Origin: Myxococcota bacterium
GTDB taxonomy: Bacteria > Myxococcota_A > UBA9160 > PR03
DNA: 64,000 nucleotides
Direction: 5' to 3'
NCBI GenBank assembly: GCA_041611735.1
Contig: JBFIML010000017.1
Location: 386 to 64,385 of the forward strand
In this document: positions 1 through 9,558 of the stretch, piece by piece
How positions within the stretch are numbered: the first letter of the stretch is position 1
How the letters are laid out: each line of letters starts with the position of its first letter
Position numbers and translations under genes: made by a program
The notes under the pieces: generated by a model
Told to the model about the DNA's origin: nothing
What the model saw: only the letters and a program-made list of their open reading frames with translations
Databases searched by the model: none

Positions 1-787
1 GCGCCGCGATGGCCAGCGCGTGGTCATGCTCGATTTCGAGCACGCCAAGGACAAGGTCCTGCTCGGCGCCGAGCGCAAGAGCATGATCATGAGCGACGAG
101 GACAAGCGCACCACCGCCTACCACGAGGCGGGCCATGCGCTGGTGGCGCTGCTCTCGCCCCACGCGGACCCCGTCCACAAGGTGACCATCATTCCGCGGG
201 GCATGGCACTCGGGCTTACCCAGACGCTGCCCCCGGAGGACCGCTACAACCTGACCCGCGACCAGATCGTCGCCATGATCAAGCACGCCATGGGCGGCCG
301 GGCCGCCGAGGAGATCGTGTTCGAGCACTTCTCCACCGGCGCGTCCAACGACCTCAAGCAGGCCACGGACCTGGGGCGCCGCATGGTGTGCAAGTACGGC
401 ATGAGCGAGCGCCTCGGGCCGGTGTCCTACGGCGACGACGACCACGACGTCTTCCTGGGCCGGGACTTCATGACGCGCAAGGACTACAGCGAGAAGAAGG
501 CCGAGGAGATCGACGAGGAGGTGACGCGGCTGCTGCGAGAGCTGTACGACGAGGCCCGCCAGATCCTGCTCGAGCACCGTCCGACCCTCGACCGCATCGC
601 CGCAGCGCTGCTGGAGCGCGAGACGCTCGACACCGCCGACCTCAAGCTGCTGCTGGCGGGCGAGCGGCTGGCGCCGCTTCCGGCCCCCGCCACGCAACCG
701 CCCGCCCCCCCGCCGCGGGCCGCCAAGGAGCCGGTCCGCAAGTTCCCCGGCAAGAAGCTTCCCGACCCCGAGCCCATGCCGAGCTAG
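1..787 (+). CDS. ftsH: ATP-dependent zinc metalloprotease FtsH, C-terminal part (5' end outside window)
   Basis: HEAGH zinc motif, VTIIPRG, GGRAAEE and TGASNDL motifs of the M41 protease domain; followed by folP. Confidence 0.97.
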   Translation, partial: RRDGQRVVMLDFEHAKDKVLLGAERKSMIMSDEDKRTTAYHEAGHALVALLSPHADPVHKVTIIPRGMALGLTQTLPPEDRYNLTRDQIVAMIKHAMGGRAAEEIVFEHFSTGASNDLKQATDLGRRMVCKYGMSERLGPVSYGDDDHDVFLGRDFMTRKDYSEKKAEEIDEEVTRLLRELYDEARQILLEHRPTLDRIAAALLERETLDTADLKLLLAGERLAPLPAPATQPPAPPPRAAKEPVRKFPGKKLPDPEPMPS

Positions 788-797
788 GAGCCGCGCC

Positions 798-1658
798 GTG
801 CCCGAGCCGGCCCACTTCCCCCCGGACCGAGTCACGATCGTCGGGGTCCTCAACGTGACGCCGGACTCCTTCTCGGACGGCGGGCGCTTCGTCAGCGCCG
901 ACGAATGCGTGGACGTGGCCCGGGCGCTGCGGGCGGCCGAGGCCTTGGTGCGCGCCGGCGCCCACGTGGTGGACGTGGGCGGCGAGTCCACCCGGCCGGG
1001 CGCCCGCCCGCCCCCGGTGGAGGTGGAGCGGGCGCGGGTCGAGCCGCTGGTGGCCGCCCTGGCGAGGGCCCTGGCGGTCCCGATCTCGGTGGACACCCGC
1101 CGCGGCGAGGTGGCGCGGGCGGCGCTGGCGGCGGGCGCGCGCATGGTGAACGACGTCTCCGGCGGACGTCACGATCCGGGCCTGCTCAAGGCCGCCGCCG
1201 AAGCCGGCGCCACCCTGGTGCTCGGGCACCTGCGCGGTACGCCGGAGACCATGCAGGACGATCCCCACTTCGACGACGTGCTGGCGGAGGTCGCGGCCGA
1301 GCTGGCCGCCTGCGTGAGCCGGGCGGGGGAGGCGGGGGTGCCCGCGGAGCGCATCGTGGTGGACCCGGGCCTCGGCTTCGGCAAGCGCCTGGAGGACAAC
1401 CTGGCCCTGCTGGCGCACCCGGACCGGCTGCGGGAGCGCCTGGGGCGCCCGGTGCTGGTGGGCCCGTCACGCAAGTCCTTCCTCGGCCAGCTGACCGGCG
1501 ACCCGGTGGCGGACCGCGACACCGCCAGCGTGGCCGCCTGCGCCGTGGCCGTCTTCGCGGGAGCCGACGGCGTTCGCGTCCACGACGTGGCCGCGGCCCG
1601 GCGGGCCGTGGCGGTGGCCCGCGCCCTGCGCGACGCCCGGGGGAGCCGGCGGACGTGA
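798..1658 (+). CDS. folP: dihydropteroate synthase
   Basis: LNVTPDSFSDGG, DVGGESTRPG, DPGLGFGK, SRKSF, RVHDV motifs. Confidence 0.97.
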   Translation: MPEPAHFPPDRVTIVGVLNVTPDSFSDGGRFVSADECVDVARALRAAEALVRAGAHVVDVGGESTRPGARPPPVEVERARVEPLVAALARALAVPISVDTRRGEVARAALAAGARMVNDVSGGRHDPGLLKAAAEAGATLVLGHLRGTPETMQDDPHFDDVLAEVAAELAACVSRAGEAGVPAERIVVDPGLGFGKRLEDNLALLAHPDRLRERLGRPVLVGPSRKSFLGQLTGDPVADRDTASVAACAVAVFAGADGVRVHDVAAARRAVAVARALRDARGSRRT

Positions 1659-2575
1659 TCGAGCACCTCTGGCGCCTGCTCACCGAGGAGCTCTGGGGCT
1701 ATCTGGCCGCCAATTACGACCCCGTCTTCGACACCATCGACATCCTGGTGGTGACCCTCGCAGTCTACTGGCTGCTGCTCCTGATCCGGGGCACGCGCGC
1801 GGTCCAGATCCTGGTCGGACTGCTGATCCTGATGGCGGCCTTCCTGGCGTCCCAGGTGTTCGAGCTCTCCACCTTGAGCTGGATCCTGGACCACTTCCTC
1901 TCGTCGGTGGTGCTGATCATCATCGTGCTCTTCCAGCACGACATCCGGCGGGCCCTGGCCCGGGTGGGACGCGGCTTCTTTCCGGCCGCGACGCGCCGCG
2001 AGGAGTCCCAGATGGTCGAGGAGGTGGTGCGCGCGGCCCAGGTCCTGGCCCAGAAGCGGGTGGGCGCGCTGGTCGTCCTCGAACGGGAGACGAGCCTCGG
2101 CGACCTGATCGAGGCCGGCGTGCCCCTGGACGCGGAGGTCACCAAGGACCTGCTCACCTCGATCTTCCTGCCCTACTCCCCGCTCCACGACGGGGCGGTG
2201 GTGATCCAGAACGGCCGCGTCGCCTCGGCCGGCTCGATCCTCCCGCTCACGCTCCGGGACGACCTGCCCGACGGGGTCGGCACGCGGCACCGTGCCGCGG
2301 TGGGCATCACCGAGGAGACGGACGCGGTGGTGGTGGTGGTCTCCGAGGAGACCGGGACCATCTCGGTGGTGGTGGGGGGCCAGATGCTCCAGCGGCTCGA
2401 CGCGCCGCGCCTGCGCGTGGTGCTACGCGACATCCTCTCCGGAGGGCGGCGCGATCTGGCCGAGCCGCGCCGCGGCCGCGACGCCCACGACGAGCTCGAG
2501 TCCGCCCTCGAGGTCGCCGGCGGCGCCCGGGGCGAGGCCGCCCACTCCGCCGCCGACGCGCGTCCCTCGAGCTAG
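1655..2575 (+). CDS. cdaA: diadenylate cyclase CdaA/DacA (N-terminal TM helices + DAC domain)
   Basis: GTG overlapping folP stop; hydrophobic N-terminal helices; PLHDGA and GTRHRAA catalytic motifs, VSEETG. Confidence 0.93.
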   Translation: MIEHLWRLLTEELWGYLAANYDPVFDTIDILVVTLAVYWLLLLIRGTRAVQILVGLLILMAAFLASQVFELSTLSWILDHFLSSVVLIIIVLFQHDIRRALARVGRGFFPAATRREESQMVEEVVRAAQVLAQKRVGALVVLERETSLGDLIEAGVPLDAEVTKDLLTSIFLPYSPLHDGAVVIQNGRVASAGSILPLTLRDDLPDGVGTRHRAAVGITEETDAVVVVVSEETGTISVVVGGQMLQRLDAPRLRVVLRDILSGGRRDLAEPRRGRDAHDELESALEVAGGARGEAAHSAADARPSS

Positions 2576-2580
2576 CCCCC

Positions 2581-3249
2581 ATGCGGCGTCTCTTCGCCAA
2601 CTGGAACTACAAACTCCTCGCCCTGGCCATCGGGCTCTTCCTCTGGGCGGTGGCTCACGGCGCCTCCGACATCGAGCGGGGCTTCGACATCCCGGTGGTG
2701 CTGCGCGGCGTCCCCGAGGAGCTCGTGGCCACGAATCTCGGCGTGGACAAGGTGAACCTGCGCGTGATGGGCTCCCGGGCGGCGCTGCGCACCCTCTCGC
2801 CCGGGGCCCTGAGCTACGAGATCGAGGCCTCGGGCGCCAAGCCCGGCCGGGCGGACTTCGAGGTGGACGTCTCGCGCCTCGAGCTGCCGCGCGGCGCCCG
2901 GGTGGTGAGCCGCTCGCCGGCCGAGATCGAGGTCACCTTCGAGCAGCGGGCCAGCCGCGCGGTGCGCGTGCGCCCGGACATCGAGGGAGAGCCCGCCGAG
3001 GGCTTCCGGATCGCCGCCGTGGACGTGGAGCCCCGGCGCGTGCAGATCACCGGAGCCCGCTCGGAGGTGCTACGGATCTCCGAGGTGGTGACCGAAACGA
3101 TCGATGTGAGGGGGGCGACGGAGCTCGTGGACCGGGAGGTGCGCCTGTCCCTGGGGGGCGGGCGGGTGTGGCTGGAAAAGCCCGCTCCGGTCCGAGTGCG
3201 GGTACGGGTCGAGCCGGTCCCCGCCGCCGAGGCGCCCCGCACGGGCTGA
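2581..3249 (+). CDS. cdaR: CdaR/YbbR-like regulator of diadenylate cyclase
   Basis: NWxxKLLALAIxLFLW membrane anchor, two YbbR-like beta-rich repeats, position between cdaA and glmM. Confidence 0.85.
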   Translation: MRRLFANWNYKLLALAIGLFLWAVAHGASDIERGFDIPVVLRGVPEELVATNLGVDKVNLRVMGSRAALRTLSPGALSYEIEASGAKPGRADFEVDVSRLELPRGARVVSRSPAEIEVTFEQRASRAVRVRPDIEGEPAEGFRIAAVDVEPRRVQITGARSEVLRISEVVTETIDVRGATELVDREVRLSLGGGRVWLEKPAPVRVRVRVEPVPAAEAPRTG

Positions 3250-3282
3250 CCGGCCCGGGACGGCGCGAGAAGGAGGGCAAGA

Positions 3283-4656
3283 GTGGGCCGTCAGCGGCTC
3301 GAGCTGTTCGGAACCGACGGGGTGCGCGGGCGCGCCAACGTGCCGCCCATGACCGCCGAGACCGCCCTGGCCCTGGGCCAGGCCGCGGCCCACGTCTTCC
3401 GGCGTCGCGGTGGCGAGCGCCACCGCATCATCATCGGCAAGGACACGCGGCTCTCGGGCTACATGTTCGAGAACGCCCTGGTGGCGGGCATCTGCTCCAT
3501 GGGGGTGGACGTGCTCCAGGTCGGCCCCATGCCCACCCCGGGCATGGCGTTCCTCACCGCCGACATGCGCTGCGATGCGGGCGTCATGATCTCGGCGAGC
3601 CACAACCCCTACCAGGACAACGGCATCAAGTTCTTCTCCCACGACGGCTTCAAGCTGCCCGACGACATCGAGCGGCGCATCGAGGAGCTGATTGCCTCCG
3701 GGCGCCTCGACGAGCTGCGCGCCCCGGCCGAGTCCGTGGGCCGCGCCCGGCGCATCGACGACGCCGAAGGGCGCTACGTCGTGTTCCTGAAGAAGACCTT
3801 CCCCCTGGACCTGCGTCTCGACGGGCTGCGCGTGGTGCTCGACTGCGCCAACGGCGCCGCCTACAAGGTGGGCCCCACGGTGCTGGAGGAGCTCGGCGCC
3901 GAGGTGTTCAAGCTCGGGGTCTCACCCAACGGCCGCAACATCAACGACGGCTGTGGCTGCGTGCATCCGGAGGGCATGATCGCCAAGGTGAAGGAGTTGC
4001 GCGCCGATGTGGGCATTGCCGTGGATGGCGACGGCGACCGCTGCATGCTGGTCTGCGAGCGCGGCACGCTGGTGGACGGTGACGCGCTGCTCGCCCTGTG
4101 CGCGCGCGACCTGGTGGAGCGCGAGCAGCTGCGGGGCGGGGCGGTGGTGGCCACGGTGATGAGCAACCTGGGCCTCCAGAAGGCCGTGGAGGCGCTCGGG
4201 CTGCGGCTGGTCCGCACCCCGGTGGGCGACCGCTACGTGGTCGAGGAGATGCGGGCCGGCGGCTACAACCTGGGCGGCGAGCAGTCCGGGCACGTGGTGT
4301 TCCTCGATCACAACACGACCGGCGACGGCCTGATCACCGCCCTCCAGGCGCTGGCGATCCTGTGCCGCAAGCAACGGCCCCTGTCGGAGCTGGCGTCGGG
4401 GATCGAGCGCTTCCCCCAGGTGCTGGTGAACGTGCGCGTCGGCGAGAAGCGTCCGCTCGAGAGCCTGCCGAGCGTGTGCGAGGCGGTGCAGCGCATCGAG
4501 AAGGCCCTCGACGGACGCGGACGCGTGCTGATCCGCTACAGCGGAACCGAGCCGAAGGCGCGCGTCATGGTGGAGGGCGAGGACGAGAGCCGGGTGCGCG
4601 ACTACGCCCAGGAGCTGGCCGAGTGCCTGCGGCGGGCCGTGGGCAACGAGGTCTAG
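3283..4656 (+). CDS. glmM: phosphoglucosamine mutase
   Basis: [35 protein letters not shown] motifs. Confidence 0.97.
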   Translation: MGRQRLELFGTDGVRGRANVPPMTAETALALGQAAAHVFRRRGGERHRIIIGKDTRLSGYMFENALVAGICSMGVDVLQVGPMPTPGMAFLTADMRCDAGVMISASHNPYQDNGIKFFSHDGFKLPDDIERRIEELIASGRLDELRAPAESVGRARRIDDAEGRYVVFLKKTFPLDLRLDGLRVVLDCANGAAYKVGPTVLEELGAEVFKLGVSPNGRNINDGCGCVHPEGMIAKVKELRADVGIAVDGDGDRCMLVCERGTLVDGDALLALCARDLVEREQLRGGAVVATVMSNLGLQKAVEALGLRLVRTPVGDRYVVEEMRAGGYNLGGEQSGHVVFLDHNTTGDGLITALQALAILCRKQRPLSELASGIERFPQVLVNVRVGEKRPLESLPSVCEAVQRIEKALDGRGRVLIRYSGTEPKARVMVEGEDESRVRDYAQELAECLRRAVGNEV

Positions 4657-4657
4657 G

Positions 4658-5368
4658 GTGCGCGGGCTGGTGGTCGTGCTGGACGCCCTGGCAGCGTTCG
4701 CCGAGGCGACGGGCACGTCCGAGCCGCGCCTGGCCGCCGTGGCAGCCCTGGCAGAGCTCGCCGGCGCGGAAGCCGTGCGGGTGGGGGTGAGCGAGGCCTT
4801 CCGCCCGGTGGACGACGTGGCCGTGCGCGACCTGCGCCGGGTGGTACGCCGCCTCGAGCTGCGCATCGCGCCGACCCCGACGCTGCTCAAGCTGGCCCTG
4901 GATGCGCGGCCGGAGCGCGTGGTGCTGGCCGGCACGGCGCCCCCCGCGCTGCTACAGCCGCGCCCCTTCGAGCCGCGGCATGCCCGCGTCGAGCTGGCTC
5001 CGCTGGTGCGCACGCTCCGGGAGGCGGGCATCGAGGTGACGGTGAGCCTGGCGCCCGACCTGGACGCCGCAAAGCTGGCCCACGCCGCCGAGGTGGATGC
5101 CCTGGAGCTCTTCACGGGCGACCTGGTGGATCTGCCGGCGGCGGAGCGGCGCGCCGGCCTGGAGCGCCTGGGCGACGCCGCCACCCTGGCGGCCAAGCTG
5201 CGGCTGCCGGTCTGCCTGGGCGGCGGCCTCGACCGCCGCAGCCTGCCCCGCATGCTGGAGGCCGCGCCGGTGGCCCAGTCCGTGGCCGTGGGCCGCGGAC
5301 TCGCGGCCCACGCCCTGCTGTTCGGGCTGGAGCGCGCGGTGCGTCAGTTTGCCGCAGGGCTCGGGTGA
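4658..5368 (+). CDS. pdxJ: PdxJ-fold protein, catalytic residues degenerate
   Basis: Colinear with PdxJ (AELAGA, LREAGIEV, ELFTG, GLERAV) and in the glmM-pdxJ-acpS position, but NIDH, HLREDRRH and GHG motifs are absent. Confidence 0.75.
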   Translation: MRGLVVVLDALAAFAEATGTSEPRLAAVAALAELAGAEAVRVGVSEAFRPVDDVAVRDLRRVVRRLELRIAPTPTLLKLALDARPERVVLAGTAPPALLQPRPFEPRHARVELAPLVRTLREAGIEVTVSLAPDLDAAKLAHAAEVDALELFTGDLVDLPAAERRAGLERLGDAATLAAKLRLPVCLGGGLDRRSLPRMLEAAPVAQSVAVGRGLAAHALLFGLERAVRQFAAGLG

Positions 5369-5739
5369 TCGTCGGCGTCGGCATCGACCTGGTCGAGACG
5401 CCCCGCTTTCGCCGCGCCGCCACGCGCTTTGGCGCGCGCCTGATGGAGCGCGTGTTCACGGAGGGCGAGCGGCGCTACGCGGAACGCCGTGCGCGCGCGC
5501 TCGAGAGCCTCGCGGTACGCTTCGCGGCCAAGCGGGCGGCCCGCCGCGCCCTGGGCGCTCCGGGCCTGCCCGGGCGGGAGGTCGAGGTGGTCCGGGAACC
5601 GGGGGCGGCGCCCAGGCTGCGGTTCCACGGCCGCGCTGCCCGGGCGGCCGAAGCTCGCGGCGTGACCCGCGTCGCCCTCACGCTGACCCACGACCCCTCC
5701 GCCTGCGTGGCGCAGGTGGTGCTGGAGGCCGAGGCATGA
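5365..5739 (+). CDS. acpS: holo-ACP synthase AcpS-family protein (atypical KEA motif)
   Basis: IVGVGIDLVE, RVFTxxE, RFAAKRA (canonical RFAAKEA), LTLTH. Confidence 0.85.
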   Translation: MIVGVGIDLVETPRFRRAATRFGARLMERVFTEGERRYAERRARALESLAVRFAAKRAARRALGAPGLPGREVEVVREPGAAPRLRFHGRAARAAEARGVTRVALTLTHDPSACVAQVVLEAEA

Positions 5740-7322
5740 GCGAGCCGGGCTGGCCCCTGGTCGGGGCGGAGACCATGCGGGCGCTCGACCGCCACACGAT
5801 CGGGACCCTGGGCGTCCCCGGCCAGGTCCTGATGGAGAACGCCGGGCGCGCGGTGGCCGAGGTGGTGCTGGCGGAGCGCGGCGCCGTGGGCGGCCCCGTG
5901 CTGGTGGTCTGCGGCTCCGGGAGCAACGGCGGCGACGGCCTGGTGGCGGCCCGGCACCTGGCCCTCCTGGGTGTTCCGGTGAAGCTGGTCCTGATCGGAA
6001 ATCCCTCTGAGCTGCGAGGGGATGCCGCATTGAACTTCGAGCGGATCCGAGTCCTTGGGCTGGAGGTGGCCGAGGGCGTGCCGCGCGCCATCGGTGCGCG
6101 CGTGGCGGTGGATGCCCTGTTCGGCACCGGTCTGGCCCGCGCCGTCTCGGGCGCTCCCGCGGCGGCCATCCGCCGCCTCAATGCGGCGCGGCCCGGGGTG
6201 CGGGTCGTGGCCGTGGATCTCCCGTCGGGCCTCGACGCGGACACGGGCCAGCCCCTGGGCGTCGCGGTGCAGGCGGACGTGACCGTGACCCTGGCGCTCC
6301 CCAAGCTCGGCCTCGCCCTGGAGCCGGGCCGCTCGCTCGCGGGCCGCATCGTGGTGGCGCGCATCGGCATCGCGGGGCGCGCGCCCCAGGTGGTGCCCGA
6401 GGCGGAGCTCTGGACCCGTGGGGCGGCCGGAAGCCGTCTCCCGGCGCGGCCGCCCCACGCCCACAAGGGCCACTTCGGGCACGTGCTCGTGCTGGCGGGC
6501 TCGCGCGGCAAGACCGGGGCGGCGGCCCTGGCGGCGGAGGCGGCCCTGCGCGTGGGTGCCGGGCTCGTGACCCTGGGCTGCCCGGCGGGGCTCAACCCGA
6601 TCCTCGAGCAGAAGTGCACCGAGGCCATGACCGAGCCCCTGCCCGAGACTGCGAACCAGGGCCTCGCGGTCGCCGCCCTCGAGCCGGCCCTGGGGCTGGC
6701 CCGGGAGCGCGACGCGGTGGCGCTGGGCCCGGGTCTCGGCCGCGAGGCCGAGACCGGGACCCTGGTGCGGGCCCTGGCGGAGCGGCTGCGCTCGCCCCTG
6801 GTGATCGACGCCGACGGCTTGCTTCCCTTCGCCGGGGATCCGGCGGCACTCAAGGCGCGCGCGGCGGCCACCGTGCTGACCCCGCACCCCGGCGAGGCGG
6901 CGCGCCTGCTGGGCCAGTCGGCCCGGGAGATCAATCGGGACCGCGTCGGGGCCGCGCGGCGCCTGGCCGAGGCCACCGGCGCCGTGGTGCTGCTCAAGGG
7001 CGCCGCCACGGTGGCCGCCGCACCGGACGGACGCACGCTGGTGAACCCGACCGGGGGCCCGGTGCTGGCCAGCGGCGGGAGTGGCGACGTGCTGACGGGG
7101 GCCGTCGCCACGTTCCTCGCCCAGGGGCTCGAGCCCCTGGAGGCGGCGGCCCTGGCGGCCTTCGTCCACGGGCACGCGGCCGACCGCCTGGCCGCCCGCC
7201 ACGGGCCCTCCGGCGTGCTGGCCGGCGAGCTGGCCCGGGAGATCCCCGACGCCTGCCAGGCGCTTCGGGAGGCGGCCCGACGGCCGCAGCCGGTCGACGG
7301 CCTTGCGGTTCCCTTCCCGTAG
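5736..7322 (+). CDS. nnr: bifunctional NAD(P)H-hydrate epimerase/dehydratase
   Basis: LMENAG, GSNGGDG, DALFGTG, DLPSG (YjeF-N); HKGHFG, GPGLG, DADGL, TPHPGEA, GSGDVL (kinase-like C-domain). Confidence 0.95.
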   Translation: MSEPGWPLVGAETMRALDRHTIGTLGVPGQVLMENAGRAVAEVVLAERGAVGGPVLVVCGSGSNGGDGLVAARHLALLGVPVKLVLIGNPSELRGDAALNFERIRVLGLEVAEGVPRAIGARVAVDALFGTGLARAVSGAPAAAIRRLNAARPGVRVVAVDLPSGLDADTGQPLGVAVQADVTVTLALPKLGLALEPGRSLAGRIVVARIGIAGRAPQVVPEAELWTRGAAGSRLPARPPHAHKGHFGHVLVLAGSRGKTGAAALAAEAALRVGAGLVTLGCPAGLNPILEQKCTEAMTEPLPETANQGLAVAALEPALGLARERDAVALGPGLGREAETGTLVRALAERLRSPLVIDADGLLPFAGDPAALKARAAATVLTPHPGEAARLLGQSAREINRDRVGAARRLAEATGAVVLLKGAATVAAAPDGRTLVNPTGGPVLASGGSGDVLTGAVATFLAQGLEPLEAAALAAFVHGHAADRLAARHGPSGVLAGELAREIPDACQALREAARRPQPVDGLAVPFP

Positions 7323-7824
7323 CGAGGCGGAGACGCGCCGCACCGCCCGGGCCCTGGCGGCGTGCATCGACGCGCGCGGCCTGGTGATCGCCCTGTGCGG
7401 GCCCCTGGGCGCCGGCAAGACCGCCTTCGTGAAGGGGCTCGCCGAGGGCCTCGGAATCGACCCGCGCCTGGTGGCAAGCCCGAGCTTCGTGATTGCCAGC
7501 GAGTACCCGGGCCCGCGCCGGCTCGCCCACGTGGACCTCTACCGGGTGGAGAGCGAGGCGGAGCTGGAGGCGGCGGGCTTCCTGGACCTGCTGGAGGCGG
7601 GCGCCGTGGTGGCCGTCGAGTGGGCGGACCGGCTGCCGGACGCCTTGCCGAAAGACCGCCTGGAGGTCACGATCGCGAGACCGGCGTCCGCGGACGGCGA
7701 CGAGGCGTCGCGCACGCTGGCGGTGCACGCCCGGGGCCCCGTGGCCCGGGCTGCCGCCGCCTGCTGGAGCGGGCGGCTCGGCGGGACGGCGAACGGGAGG
7801 GGGGAAGGGTCCTCGTGGCCCTGA
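7303..7824 (+). CDS. tsaE: tRNA threonylcarbamoyladenosine biosynthesis ATPase
   Basis: [21 protein letters not shown] motifs; follows nnr; start approximate. Confidence 0.93.
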   Translation: MRFPSRSEAETRRTARALAACIDARGLVIALCGPLGAGKTAFVKGLAEGLGIDPRLVASPSFVIASEYPGPRRLAHVDLYRVESEAELEAAGFLDLLEAGAVVAVEWADRLPDALPKDRLEVTIARPASADGDEASRTLAVHARGPVARAAAACWSGRLGGTANGRGEGSSWP

Positions 7825-9056
7825 TCGTCCAGAAGTACGGCGGCACGAGCGTCGGCAGCGTCGAGCGCATCCGCCAGGTGGCGCGCCGCGTGGCGGCGGT
7901 CAAGCAGGCGGGCCACCGCGTCGCCGTGGTGGTCTCGGCCATGGCCGGCGAGACCGACGCCCTCGTGGCCCTGGCCCACGAGGTAGGCGGCCCGGACCAC
8001 GACCGCCGCGAGTACGACATGCTGGTCGCTACGGGCGAGCAGAAGACCATCGCGCTGCTGGCCATGGCCATCCAGCGCCTCGGCCACAAGGCGCGCTCCT
8101 TCACCGGGGCGCAGATCGGCATGCTCACCGACACCGCCCACAGCCGGGCGCGCATCCGCAGCATCGACACGCAGCGCATCCAGGAGACCCTCGACGAAGA
8201 CACCGTGGCGGTGATCGCCGGCTTCCAGGGCGTGGACGACGAGGGCAACGTCACCACGCTCGGGCGCGGCGGCTCCGACACCTCGGCGGTGGCCGTGGCC
8301 GCCGCCCTGGGCGCGGACGCGTGCGAGATCCTGACCGACGTGGAGGGCGTCTACACCACCGATCCGAACCTGGTGGCCGCTGCCCGCAAGCTCGAGCGCA
8401 TCTCCTACGACGAGATGCTCGAGATGGCCAGCCTGGGCACCAAGGTGCTCCAGATCCGCTCGGTGAAGTTCGCCAAACACTACGGCGTCCCGATCCACGT
8501 GCGCTCGTCGCTCTCGGAGGCGGAAGGCACGTGGGTCGTCCGCGAGGAGGACGTGATGGAGAAGCTGGTGGTCTCGGGCGTCACCTACAACCGCAACGAG
8601 GCGAAGATCCGCGTGCGGGGGCTCAAGGACCAGCCCGGCGTGGCGGCGCGGCTCTTCTCGCCGCTGTCGGAGGCCGGCATCGTGGTGGACATGATCGTCC
8701 AGAACCTGAGCCAGGACGGCAGCACGGACCTGACCTTCACGGTCCCCAAGGCCGACTCCCGTCGCGCCCTGGAGCTGGCCCGGGCGGCCTCCCGGGAGAT
8801 CGGCGCCGGCGAGGTGGAAGGGGACGACACCATCGCCAAGGTCTCGGTGGTGGGCCTCGGCATGAAAGACCACGCGGGCGTCGCCACCCGCATGTTCCAG
8901 GTGCTGGCCGACGAGGGCATCAACATGCAGATGATCTCCACCAGCGAGATCAAGATCTCCGTGGTGATCGAAGAGAAGTACATGGAGCTGGCCGTGCGCG
9001 CGCTCCACGCGGCCTTCGTGGAGCAGGGCGCCGAGGCGCCGCGCGCCGAGGCCTGA
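7815..9056 (+). CDS. lysC: aspartate kinase
   Basis: [24 protein letters not shown], two ACT domains. Confidence 0.97.
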   Translation: MALIVQKYGGTSVGSVERIRQVARRVAAVKQAGHRVAVVVSAMAGETDALVALAHEVGGPDHDRREYDMLVATGEQKTIALLAMAIQRLGHKARSFTGAQIGMLTDTAHSRARIRSIDTQRIQETLDEDTVAVIAGFQGVDDEGNVTTLGRGGSDTSAVAVAAALGADACEILTDVEGVYTTDPNLVAAARKLERISYDEMLEMASLGTKVLQIRSVKFAKHYGVPIHVRSSLSEAEGTWVVREEDVMEKLVVSGVTYNRNEAKIRVRGLKDQPGVAARLFSPLSEAGIVVDMIVQNLSQDGSTDLTFTVPKADSRRALELARAASREIGAGEVEGDDTIAKVSVVGLGMKDHAGVATRMFQVLADEGINMQMISTSEIKISVVIEEKYMELAVRALHAAFVEQGAEAPRAEA

Positions 9057-9113
9057 CGCCCCCTCGCCCCCGGGTCCCGGCAGGAGGTCGCCCTGGACGG
9101 CGACCGCCGACGC

Positions 9114-9548
9114 GTGGACGCCGCGTTGTGGCTGGCGGCGGCCCTGCTCGTGCTGGCGCGGCCCACCCCGGCGCCGCTCGCTATGCCCTGTGCGCAGCCG
9201 CGCGAGGCAGGCGGCGCAGGCCCGCTGGCGAGCGTGTGCTGCTCGTGCGGATCGGGGCGACCGGCAGCGGCAGGAGCGCTACCCCTCCTGTTCGGCGGCC
9301 GCCTCGACCTGAACCGCGCTCCGGCCCACGCCCTCGAGGCCCTGCCCGGCATCGGGCCGATCCGGGCCCGGGCGATCGTGCGCGCGCGCGAGCGGCGTCC
9401 GTTCTGTGCGCTCGAGGAGCTGGTGCGGGTGCCGGGCATCGGTCCCCGGAGCGTGGCCCGGCTGACCGGCCGGGCCCGCGCCGGGTGCTCCGCCGGGCCC
9501 GGCAGCGCCGGCCCGGCCGCCCTTTACACGCCCTCCGGGAACCCGTAA
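9114..9548 (+). CDS. ComEA-like helix-hairpin-helix DNA-binding protein
   Basis: LDLNRA...LEALPGIGP...LVRVPGIGP double HhH; hydrophobic N-terminus; start uncertain. Confidence 0.8.
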   Translation: MDAALWLAAALLVLARPTPAPLAMPCAQPREAGGAGPLASVCCSCGSGRPAAAGALPLLFGGRLDLNRAPAHALEALPGIGPIRARAIVRARERRPFCALEELVRVPGIGPRSVARLTGRARAGCSAGPGSAGPAALYTPSGNP

Positions 9549-9558
9549 CCCTGCGCCG

